Shown: positions 1 to 11,832 of the stretch, piece by piece | How positions within the stretch are numbered: the first letter of the stretch is position 1 | Layout of the letters: every line of letters begins with the position of its first letter | NCBI RefSeq assembly: GCF_009914755.1 | Contig: NC_060933.1 | Direction: 5' to 3' (one strand) | DNA: 64,000 bases | DNA from: the human T2T-CHM13v2.0 reference genome, Homo sapiens | Notes under the pieces: generated by a model | Seen by the model: only the letters and a program-made list of their open reading frames with translations | What the model was told of the DNA's origin: nothing | Database searches by the model: none | Made by a program: the position numbers and the translations under genes

Positions 1-1425
1 CTGTCCAAGGACAAAAGTGAAAATATTCAGGAATGCAAACAGTTCTGTGTATTCATGAAGGGCTGGCCATTCCATCACAGAACACTGACTTTATGTCTCA
101 TTGGCATATGTTTCTCTTGCTTTTGAGAAAATGACTTGTAGGTTATTGTAAGGAAAGAGTTTCTATTCTGTAGATGTTGCCACTAGCAGATGAAGACCTA
201 AGCCCTCCCCAACCATCTTCCCCAAAATAACTACTGTACCACAGCAGCACCACACCGTCCTGTAGTCCTGTACTGTACAAGACACCACACTGTCTTCACC
301 AAACCACGTCTGAATAGAAGAACTCCACAGAGCAGTTTGATTGAGATGACCATGTTGCTTGCCATTTCGGTACATTTTTAATAAAAATTCTTTCACCTTG
401 ATCAATCCATGCTCTTCAATTTAGAACTGAGACACATTATGATACAGTATTAACACTTGAAATCATCTTATAACTGCTTGCTTTCATATTTGGCATCACT
501 ATTGTACCACCTTAGAAACTGCTTCTATTGACCTTTAGATTAAAAATATGTTGAATTATCATGATTGACACTTTTAAAATGACTCATTCTTGCCAAACAC
601 AGCATAACAACTTTTTAACATTCCCTTTTCTTTACAACTGCCACAACTTTCATTATGTGAAATATGGCTGTATTATACACCACCTCTCATTGCCTAACAT
701 GATTTTTTTTCAGAGTTCAGGAAGATTTACATTTGGAGCTAAATGTTTCAGTGATTGCTCTGTTGGGTTTCATTATACCAGTGTAGTTAATCAAAGCAAG
801 TCTGGCCTTGCTACCATGATTCACTGTATGGTTTTTTGAACTTAATCATTTACACAGAATGAATATACACATTATCACCAGGGCTGGATTTCTTTAACAG
901 CCTGCATGACACGGTACTGTAATGCCTTTGTCAACTGCTAGTTTTCCCAGGGACTCTGCAGTTTGCTGGGGGTTTTGATAAGACATTTCACTGATGGGCT
1001 TTCGGTTAGAAAAAGGCAAGTGGGAAACCCCTAGGTGGAGCTGCAGAGAGCAGACGAAAGGCCCACTGACTTGTGTATCACCAAGTGGGGCTAACGGGGA
1101 ATCCTTTCATTTGTACAGAGTGTTTCTTTTCATAGTGTGTGTGGTCTTCACAATCATAATTAACAAGTAACTTTTCTTCACTCTCATTCCTAATCCCATC
1201 ATAAATTATTGGCTGTTGGCATCTGGGCAGGGTTTGGCAGACCTTGAATTTTAAGTCAGCCTGAGAGAATTACAGGGATTGTTGTCTCTAAACTGAAGAA
1301 GCTAATTGTATAAGCATTAACACATGTGAACCAGGCCTACCAAGCCTAATTTCTGAGCAGCCAGAAACGATGCTCCTATGGACACCAGATTCCTTAGCAA
1401 AAAGCAGACTTGCATTTGACCAGAA

Positions 1426-2127
1426 CCAGTGGAGAGCCTGTTCCAGGCCCATGGAATCCAATGTCAATTTTTCAGGAATTCTATGAGCTGGTTCTTAAAC
1501 GCCACCATTATTTAAAATCAAAATATATAACCTTTTAATTAAATAAATTATATTTTTAAAAAGATGGTAAATACTCAAAACTCATCACTTCCTAAATATT
1601 CTACCCCGTCATGCAATTTTTTACACCCTTGGTTATTCGTGTCTATCATATCTGGATGGGGGAAATGCTATGGAATTTCACAACTCTGCATTCAGTGTTG
1701 TCATGTTGGTAGACTGAAATCAGCCACAATGGGAGTATTTGTATCATGGAAATAACAAATGCTACAAACCAAGGCTTCATTTGTTGCTTTGCCTCTGCCT
1801 TGTGTGTAAGGGAAGTACTATTTAATTTTACCTACCAGAACACTAAGTCTCAGAAAAGTTCAGTAAATGATTTTGGCCCTAGGATTCCACTGCAGGGTTT
1901 TCTGACTTTGCAAATCCATTATCTTAAGTCTTCTGTTCTATACCTCCCTTTAGCGGGGTTTTCCTGCCACTGTACTATATACACTCATAAAAACTCTCAG
2001 TGGCATTAACTGCTGTTTGGTTGGTGTATTCATTGTATGTCTTGGGTAAGGTATAACAAGTATGTTTAAATTGCATATGCGTTTTTTTTCCAAAGAACCA
2101 GTTATACATTTACCAACATTTCATTAT
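1426..2127 (+). mobile_element. MER63-family hAT-Blackjack DNA transposon relic
   Basis: Matches recalled MER63 consensus blocks (TTTTCAGGAATT..., AATACTCAAAACTCATCACTTCCTAA, GTTGGTAG..GAAATCAGCC..GGGAGTATTT). Degenerate terminal repeat near 2096-2127. Confidence 0.75.
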
Positions 2128-2282
2128 CCAGGGTTCAAGCCTTGATTGAAACAAATCTACCCCCAGAACATACTGAAAAGTACTTTCTGGAAATAAATAT
2201 ATTTCTGTTCATTAAAAAATCCAATTACTAGAATTTACAAGTTATTAAACGTCTCATTGCTTTTCTTCAACCACTCTTTCAG

Positions 2283-2445
2283 ACTCGGCATCACTACCCC
2301 TAACTTTGCTTTCCGGCATTTCTCAAAATGTTCCCATTTGGTTTCAACATTTAAGCAACATGAAGGCTATGGAATCAGAAATGTGAAAAGGAGGCAGTTA
2401 TACAGACATGCAAAAATGCACCAGCCCGAGTGCACAGGCTTAAGG
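2283..2445 (+). other. Candidate exon, + strand (likely non-coding)
   Basis: Pyrimidine tract ending CTCTTTCAG| at 2282 and donor AGG|GTATGT at 2446. Splice motifs only. Confidence 0.3.
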
Positions 2446-2459
2446 GTATGTGCACTTAC

Positions 2460-2596
2460 CCTTTTTTGATTTGAAAGAATCAGGTATTGGACTACCTGAG
2501 CCTGTCTTCTTTGCATGCCATTCTGATTTGCTTTCCATGGAGAAAACGACCCGTCTATGGGAAACTGGGGTAATTTTTCAATCAAATACTGCATTG
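2460..2596 (-). other. Candidate exon, - strand (137 nt)
   Basis: Minus-strand acceptor TTTCCTTCATCCTATATCAG| and consensus donor AGG|GTAAGT. Confidence 0.4.
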
Positions 2597-2740
2597 CTGA
2601 TATAGGATGAAGGAAATGGGTGGCATGGTTGCTGAGAGACAGACTGCAAGTCTCATAAAATTATATTGGGCCTACCCACTTCTGTTTCAGATTTCCGTAG
2701 CATTCTTTGTGAGGATAGTCACAAAAGAAGTACTAAGTTG

Positions 2741-2741
<1 letters not shown>

Positions 2742-2787
<46 letters not shown>
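2742..2787 (+). repeat. (TG)23 microsatellite
   Basis: Perfect dinucleotide run. Confidence 0.98.
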
Positions 2788-2790
<3 letters not shown>

Positions 2791-3940
2791 ATCTTACCAG
2801 CTTTGTCTGATATTTAAATTTTGTTCGGGTGAAAGAATAAAAAGTACACATGCTCTATGAGTGGAACCTCTCTAATGGAATATTTTATCCCCAGCCCCAT
2901 ATGCAAAGCTCTTTAAATGGTGATTCAGAAATCTGACCTGACACATTTCAGTCTTTCTGTTCATCATTGGTACCATACGCAGCAAGAATTACCTTCAGCT
3001 TTACTGCTGACCCTGGAAGTCACTGTACTCTCACGACTTTATCTACAAGGGCATGAAGATTGTTTCTTCAAAACTCTTAGTCACGGCAAATACTTTCCAC
3101 GTGTGTACTGCCATCAACATTGTTGCCTGTTTGGTAGCTTTTGATGGAATGAAACTGACAAGTTTCTGCCTCACACCTGACTTGAGAAAGGCCCTTAGAT
3201 ACTTACAATGGAAATTGTTTGGAGTGTTGCAGTTAGATACAAATCATGCTCTAACTTTCCAAGAAGCTTTGTTACAACATGCAAAACAAACAAAAGAAAG
3301 GTAGCAAAACTCTTCAAGCAGTTAAAATTGTTACGCAAAAGCAAAAGCAAGTACAGAGGGTAATAGAATTCATTGAACTGTAAAACCTAAAAACAAAAGA
3401 ACTGAATTCAGCTAATCACAAATTTTGTCAATTGTTGATTTTTTGTTTTTATTCTCTCTTACTAAAAATGCACTACAGCAGGCGTTTTTCCTTATACATG
3501 TATACATTTCCTCCTCAGTTGGACTAAGAATAAAGTATTGTGCAAACAGTAGGTGCATGAAAATTCTAGTCCACTAACTGACTTTAAAAGCTGTGGGATT
3601 CTACAAATTGACCCATTAAGCAGCTGTTCCCACCTTTGTCCTATGAACACTAAAATGCACGGTTAGACCTCAAATTGGTTTGGTAGTGACAATCTTGTCT
3701 GGTGTTAGATCCAGGATTCCAAAATTCTAGCCACATAACAGGAAGCTAGGAACATAGGGGCAGAGATGCCTGAAGATTTGACCTTCCATGCTATTTTATA
3801 AAGGAACGTTTATAGCTTGTTTCCTTGAGGTTGCTGGGGGGAAAAAAAGCAGTGATTGTGTGCTGTAAACCTTTAGGAGAAAACAAACTTAACAGTATGC
3901 TTTGGTGTAATTCAATTTAGTTGAATGAGCAATTTCCATT

Positions 3941-4050
3941 TTGGAGTTTAGCTTTCAGCTGACATGTTCTGTGACTTTGGCCAAGTCACTTTAATTCATC
4001 CACTGTCGTATCTATGAAAAGGGGGAAATAATGCTTCACTGGAAATTTTC
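3941..4050 (+). mobile_element. MIR SINE fragment
   Basis: MIR core TGTGACTTTGGCCAAGTCACTT...CTATGAAAAGGGG. Confidence 0.65.
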
Positions 4051-4291
4051 CCTAGAGTTCCAGAAGATGAGAATTCTGGCCTTGCTATCTATAAGCGCTC
4101 AGAAGACTTAAGCTGGGAGGTTCTTGTGCATTCCTGGCATAATGGCAGCAGGGAAAAAAGTCATTCTGAAGAGAGGCACAGCTGCAGAGAGAAGCTTTCT
4201 CAGCACAAAGCAAGAGTCTGGCCTCTTGAGTCTCTGAAACACTCAAATTCACTGAACGCAGACGACGAGGAGGAGGACTATATATACTTAC

Positions 4292-4377
4292 ATATTGATC
4301 TGCATGCTGGGGTTTCAAATGTGATTCATTATGTACCATTTCCTTTACCCTAATCCATCTGCTAAGGTTTTCTTCTC
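4292..4377 (-). other. Candidate exon, - strand (86 nt)
   Basis: Acceptor TTTCTTTTTCAAATTCCTTCTGCACAG|G and donor TAT|GTAAGT. Confidence 0.45.
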
Positions 4378-5167
4378 CTGTGCAGAAGGAATTTGAAAAA
4401 GAAATGTGACTTTAACTGAGAAGAGAGTAACAGCATGACATAGTTAGCACCACCTGCACTAAGAAAGATTCAAGATGGTATTTGTCAAATATTGGAAGAT
4501 GTGTGTCTGCTAGCTGAGGGATAACGGGATGTTTTCAGAGACTGTTTTAAAGTTCTATGGCCAAGAAAAAAGAAGCTGCATTTGCTTCTCATAATAGTGG
4601 TTATCATTTCTCTTGTGAAATGTTTATCTACTGATGATCTCACTATGGCTTCCTTTGGATTGTCTTCTTGTTTTATTTTCTCTCACTAGAAAAAGCAAAC
4701 ATCTTGGTTCCTGTCTCTTTCTATTATAAGTACTAAGCATGTGGAAAGTTAAAACAAAGGCTGCACATTTCCAAGGAACTGGATAAGTACAGTCAAGTGG
4801 ATCCTAATCGAATACCACAGTGTGGGCATTTGGTACCACATGCTTGTTGATTTGGAAAGAAGTGGGAAGAAGAGATGGATAAAGATGAGAAGGAGGCAGA
4901 GTAAAGAGAAAAGAAAATTAAGTAAACACTGAAGAGCATAGCCCCTTAGATGGGAGAGAATAAAACACTACTCAGCTCTGTTTATAGCCTGTCGACTATG
5001 CTTTATGTATACATAATTCCTAAATTTCGTATGTTAAAATCAGCTAATCTTCAATCAGGAATAAGGAAAATCAATGTATCCTACCTATATGGGTATTTAA
5101 GTTTTTAGTCTACTGATTTGTTTATTATCCACACATATTGAAATGTATTGACATCACAAAATTGTAT

Positions 5168-5515
<348 letters not shown>

Positions 5516-6260
5516 TGAGACAAAAGTAAAATAAAATAATAAAATTATGTTACTAAAAATTTGGAAAATAGAGAAAATGAGAACAAAATGTGTTCATAAC
5601 ATAACCCATGATGACCATACAACTGTTGATGTTGGCCTTTCACCTTTTTGTTCCTTCTCTTTTTACCTCGCATTTTTACATAACTGCAATTATTCAAATA
5701 TATATATATATATACAAATTTTCTGTTTTACCCATTCTCCATAAGATTATATTTGGATCATTCTTATGTCATTATATGTTTCAAGAATAAAATTTAATGA
5801 CTGCATATTATTTCTGAGTGGATTATAATTTAAGTAACCGGGCACTAAATCCAAAAAATATTAATATACATTACTTCCAAAACCGGAGTCCAAAAGATTG
5901 GAATACACCTACCTGGAAAAAGTTAATGATGTTACTTTATAACAACTCCTCTATACTATTATGTACTGTGAAGCTCCAGGAGAGAAGCTTTCTTAGTGTG
6001 TTCTTTTCTCAAACTTAATTAAACATGGAACCATTTTCACCATGACATTATACAACATAGTGCTCACCACAGCACACTTTGGAAAACAATGATATGACCA
6101 TTTCCTATTGTTTAATAGCTAGGTTATAAGAAATTTTTCACTATAATAAATAATAAAGAATTTAACATCATATACAAAAAGACTTTTCTATTTAGAATTA
6201 TATTCTGGGAATCATTTCTCAGAAGTTAAAAAAAAGTGAAAATGTTTGTATATTATTAAA

Positions 6261-6407
6261 GTCTTTGATACATATCACCAAATTTGCTTCCTTCCTTCAA
6301 CATCCTTCTGGCAAATATCATTTCCAAATATTAAGTAAGGTCTTTGATGCATATCACCAAATTTGCTTCCTTCCTTCAACATCCTTCTGGCAAATATCAT
6401 TTCCAAA
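6261..6407 (+). repeat. Tandem duplication, 79-bp period
   Basis: 6261-6328 and 6340-6407 are identical over 68 nt except one A/G. Confidence 0.97.
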
Positions 6408-6884
6408 AGTGAATACGGTATTATGGACAATCACTACTGCTCTTGGATTTGAGTATGAATGAGAAACAAACCAAGGTACGATCAGCAATGTATTTCCACA
6501 CTATACTAGGCACACACACTGCTGGTCTCCAGATGTATACGCCCTGTAAGATTTATGGACTTTATGAGTTTAAAAGTAAACTACATACATCTGACTATTG
6601 TATACTCAGATTATAGGCTAAGATTAGTTTTTACAAATCATAAAGAGGCTGAAGATTGTGGTAGTGTGTTTTTGAGATACCTAGAAAGGAGCTGACACAT
6701 GGTGTATGCTCAGTAAATGTTTACTGCATAAAGGAATGATTACATTCATGAATGCATACCCACGAAATGTTTCCTTTTGATCAGTTATCTTAAGATAGCG
6801 CCCCTTTCACCCATTACCTCCTCACCATGGAGCACTTAGCCAATGCTTAAAACCACAGATGATCCAGGCTCACCATGGAACTTC

Positions 6885-6912
6885 AATATGGCTGACTATG
6901 GTCAGCCATATT
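6885..6912. repeat. Perfect 12-bp inverted repeat, 4-nt spacer
   Basis: AATATGGCTGAC-TATG-GTCAGCCATATT. Confidence 0.97.
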
Positions 6913-7918
6913 CATTGTTGAGACATTTGAAAACGCTTATTCAAGGCATGATGGGAGCAGTGGGCCTTGGGAACTACCCGCCCCTTGCTACCTATATGAC
7001 CTCTCTGGCAAATCTTAGACCTCTCTGGGATTCCATTACTTCATAAAGAAAATAATGATGATAAGCCCCTTCTTGGGTGCCTAGAAGCTCAAAGAGATAT
7101 AAAAGCACTTCGAAAAGTTAATATCTCACTGAAAATATAACATATTATTATTTTTACCAACTCCACAGTACTCATCCTAAACAGTGGGGCAGAGAATGGA
7201 ATGGAGCATTAGGGGTTTGTGGATTAAAGAGAAAAGGCCTGAAGATAACACCGATGTTTTTCCTGGAAGAACAAGTCTTCCCCTTACCGAGGTTTCCAGA
7301 TTCTTTAGAAGTTGCCAGAAGCAGCAGACTTCAGAGTAATTTGCTGATTTAAAATATACATATTATTGACAACGGGGACTACATAGTATTTCTTTTATCC
7401 TAGACTTTTTTTTTATTAGGTTTTAATCAACATGACCTTGTGAAATACTTTGAACCCTGATTAAAAAGCAACATAAATAAAGGTGAGGGAGAAATGAAAG
7501 CAGTGCAGCAGACCTAAATAATAAATTAATGAAAGCACAGTGATAATTTTATGTAATTATAGTAGACACTTAACATTCATAAGGGGTACAGACCTTTGGA
7601 ATCCCCAAATTTGTGACTTCAGAAATAATAGTATAAGCATTCCTATTGAGAGGCATACATTTCTTGGGCACAACGTTGTAACAATTTAACTACAGTATTA
7701 TTTTAAACTTTGAAGTTTAGATCTTGCTCAAGTAATGATTTTGGCAGTGACCAGCAAATTTTTCTGAACAGTTTCATGGATCTAATTTCCTTGTTTCCAC
7801 ATCAAGTTTATGATGGTCTTATCTATATTATTTACTTAAGTCACTGCCAAATAGATATTATGCTCATTTATTTTCCCAAAACTCATAGTTACTGTCCAAG
7901 AGCCCATTATTCTTTTGA

Positions 7919-8226
<308 letters not shown>

Positions 8227-8646
8227 CATTCTTTATTTTTTACAGCTCTATTAAGGTATAATTGACATAAAAAACTGCATGTTTTTAATGTATGTAATTT
8301 GATGAGTTTGAATATATGCAAATACATATGATCATATCAACACAACCAAGGTAATAAACATATCCATCACCACCAAAAGTTTCCTTCTGTGTGGGGATGG
8401 GAGGAGAGGTGAAAACACGTAATACAAGATCGATCCTCAAAAAAGTCTTAAGTGCACAACACCATATTGTCAATTATAGGCACTATTTTGTACAGCGGAT
8501 CTCCAGAACTTCATCTTGTGTAACTGTAAGATAAAGTTACATTGAACAACCACTCCTCATTTCCTTTGCTCTTGTCAGCTGGCAACTACCATTCTATTTT
8601 CTGCTTCTGTACATTTGAATATTTTGGATACCTCATACAAATTGCA
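8227..8646 (-). mobile_element. Old L1 (L1MA9/L1MB-like) 3' end, 5'-truncated
   Basis: Typical L1M 3'UTR text (GGTATAATTGACATAA..., GATCTCCAGAACTT, GGCAACTACCATTCTA). 14-bp direct repeat AAGAGCCCATTATT at 7898-7911 and 8647-8660. Confidence 0.8.
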
Positions 8647-8666
8647 AAGAGCCCATTATTTCTATA

Positions 8667-8892
8667 TTTTTCCTTTTCTTTCTCTTTCTTTCTTTCTTTC
8701 TTCCTTCCTTCCATCTTCCTTCCTTCCTTTGTCTCCTTCCTTTCCTCCTCCCTCTTCCTTCCTTCCCTCCCTCCCTCTTTCTTTCCTTCCCTCTTTCCTT
8801 CCTTTCTTCTTTCTTTCCTTCTCTCTTTTCTTTTCTTTTCATCTTTTGTCCTTTCTTTCCTTCCTTTCTTCCTTCTTCCCACCTTCCTTTCC
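8667..8892 (+). repeat. Polypyrimidine (CTTT/CCTT)n tract
   Basis: About 225 nt almost purely C/T. Confidence 0.95.
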
Positions 8893-9165
8893 AATACAGC
8901 CCTGAGAACTATAAGATTGCTGGCATGTACTCCAGAAATATTTCCTGAATGTTTTCTTACATTTCTTCACATTCATATCAGAACCAAGAGTTGGCCTTTT
9001 AGGGAGGACAATTAATTTTCCTCAAAGAAATAAAGTGGGTTTGTTTGGGGTTTTTTACTCATTTCATGAAAGTTACTGTATGCTATTCTCACCCCTGATG
9101 TTACCTTCTATGTGGAAAACTCCAACAGAATAACACACTTTTGGCCTCTCCCTTTTACTGTATGA

Positions 9166-9352
9166 CAGTGGTTCTCAATCAGGGGAGATTTTGCCTTAGC
9201 AATGTCTGGAAACAGTTGTCAGCACTGGGGGACAGCATCTAATGAGTAGAGGCCAGGGATGCTCCTATACATCTTGCAATACACAGGGCAGCCCCCACAA
9301 CAAAGAATAATCTGACCTCAAATGTCAATACTGCTGAGTATTAAAAATCCTG
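9166..9352 (+). mobile_element. MER20 (hAT-Charlie)
   Basis: CAGTGGTTCTCAA...GTAGAGGCCAGGGATGCT...CCCCACAACAAAGAAT...AAATGTCAATA. Confidence 0.88.
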
Positions 9353-10849
9353 ACCTAGAGAACTAGAATAAAATTAAGCTTAGTAGTATTAAGGACTTTT
9401 ATACCAGTCTCTTGTTCTTTCTTTTTCTCTTTGACATTTGCCTGCCTGCATCACATAGCATCTGTTTGCCGTATTCCATGGGGTAAGTTTACAGGGAGGA
9501 CCTGCAGTTTGAGGGTGTAAGTTCAATTCAGAGGAGTGATAGCAAGCTCATACATCTGGGCTCCCTATGCCCTATTAGTTTAAAAAGTTTAAAAAGGACA
9601 TTTTTAATCTCTCTTTGCTTAAGTCCTGCATCTCTCTCTCTCAGTTCATTCTGGATGTAGGCAGGAAAGGTGACTATTTGGGGGGCTTCCTCAAGCTCCC
9701 AAATTATATCTAATAATGATAACATGAGATACAAATGCCTAATGGTCAGCTGGCTGTACTGACTACCTAAGCCTCTTCCTTCTTCACACCAGCTCTGTTA
9801 ATGAACAGCTAAAATGGTCACAGCAGTGAATGCTGAAGGTCTGATAGTTAGGAAGATTGAGGTCCTACAGAGGCAGGGAAACTGAAGAGCTAATTAATTT
9901 AAAAATGTAAGAATGACAATGAATAAAAACAAAATATATACACATGGTACCCTTTTGGGACATGCCTACTAGTGTACCTGTCCCCAACTTAAAGTGAACA
10001 TAGTCTTTCTCTCCAGAATACATCTTTTCACAATGAAACCTACATTTTCCTTAGGGAACCATGTTCTTATACTCTTGGTCTATGTGAGCCAACTCCATAC
10101 CTGGCTTCATGGGTAAGCATGAGATAGAGAAACAGCTCATGACAGTCTTGACTCTTCCGGGCCTCCATGAATAGATCAGCAGTGGACCGAAGCCCAGATC
10201 AGAACCAAACCAATACTAGAATTTTGCGAGAAAAAAACTGGAGAGGGACACTTTTTATTTCTGCTGGACTTGGGCTATGAGTATGATAGCCCGAGCTGCC
10301 ATAAACAGGATGCATGAAATAGAAATCAACATTCAGAATGTTTTACAAACCAAGAGATGAAGAGAAAGAGTTCAGATTCTAATGGTATCATGGCTGAGAT
10401 TCAATCATGGCAAAATCTCGGATTTCTCAGTCACATGAACCAATGAATTTCACTACCATCACCCTTTAAAAAAAATTACATCAGATAGAGTCTTGAGTAA
10501 TAGGGACACCAACTGTAGACTCACCATCTCAATCTGCCCCTAAATAAAATAATTCCTCCAATTCTAGATATTTATACAGTGCTCATTGTCTTCCCAAATT
10601 ATATACTCTTCATTTCCCCTCTTGATTTCACTTGTTCAGATGCTTTGGTTGCATTTGAAAACATTTTCTATTTGTCAGTGAATATTCTGGCAGCCATGGG
10701 TAAGACGATGCCACAAACAGGGTCATGGGTGAAACAGCATACAAAGATGTGATCTTGGCATCGTACCTGATCAGACTCTTGGAAACACCCACCAAATGCT
10801 ATTCTACAATAATGACTAAAATAACAACAAAACCAATTTTAAAAGCCCA

Positions 10850-11065
10850 TACCGCTAATTAGCATTTTACTGCTTTCTCCTCTTATGCTCTGTGCACTCT
10901 ATATTGTCGCAAGTACTTCTCCCACCAACCCTCTAATGCAGTCTAAATTCTCTACTTTATAGAGGAGGAATCTGAAACAGAGAGAGGTTTGACAACTTAC
11001 CAGAGGTTATGAAGTTAGAAGATGGTGTCAGTCCTGAAAATTAGATCAGACTCCAGACCCTGTGG
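10850..11065 (-). mobile_element. MIR fragment
   Basis: TTTATAGAGGAGGAATCTGAAACAGAGAGAGGTT..CAACTTACC. Confidence 0.65.
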
Positions 11066-11659
11066 CCTTAATCATTGTTCTCTTTTACTTCTCAAGAGTA
11101 CTCACTAGTGAGTTCCTTTGCAAGGTTTCACAGCAGTCTGATGGAAATCAATGGCAGGGATCCTTACTCATCTTTCCCAGGACATTCAGTCATAAAGTGA
11201 TTCCTTTATGGCATCTACAGGGAACAATGTTTAAAATGTTTACCTGTGAATACAGGTAAAAATATGTATCAGGAGATGTGACGCCCATGTAAAAGATGCC
11301 AACCCAGATGGTTCTTGTAATTATTGGTCTAACCTTCATCGATCGCTTACCTCTCTGAGGTTCAGTTTCCCCATGGCAAATAGAAGAGGCTGTAGTAGAG
11401 TGTAATGACAATGGTAGCCATTGACTGAGGGCCTACTATGGGCTAGGCATTCTACTGGCCCTTCACATCCATCGGCTCTAAGCAATTGCTAATGCCTTTT
11501 TATATCTTAACCTTCTGCCATTATAGGGCCTCTGTGAAATAAAATGTTTCTGAAAGGGACATCGGATAATACAAAAATACAACAGGTTGAAAAGAGTTTG
11601 ATTAAAAACTCTGAATAATACACCCTCCCGAAAGTTAATTTTTATTTTGTTCTTCACAG

Positions 11660-11832
11660 GGCAGCATTGTTTGGACTTGGCAAGCGTGCACACTGCAGCC
11701 ATTATCCTGGTTCTGGGGCAGCAACCACCAGCTTTGGTGTGACTAAGAAACAGAATGCTTAGAGCTGAGCTCTTGGTGGCCTGCTTATCCACTTGGCTGG
11801 GTCCTGCTGTCCTGCTGACACCCAATGGACAC
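11660..11832 (+). other. Candidate exon, + strand
   Basis: Acceptor TTTTTATTTTGTTCTTCACAG|G; donor CAC|GTGAGC (moderate). Confidence 0.3.

Noticed and set aside
163-839. Possible Tigger/transposase remnant or exon at the window start
   Set aside because: No diagnostic motif or terminal repeat that I can support.
991-1065. Hammerhead-like pieces (CTGATGG, CTGCAGA, CGAAA, complementary TGGGC/GCCCA arms)
   Set aside because: Neither core matches the invariant CUGANGA, and stems I/II cannot form.
8542-9015. 157/102/96-aa ORFs rich in F/S/L or K/R/E
   Set aside because: Translations of the CT-rich simple repeat.
11100-11113. 14-bp perfect palindrome ACTCACTAGTGAGT
   Set aside because: Several are expected by chance in 64 kb.
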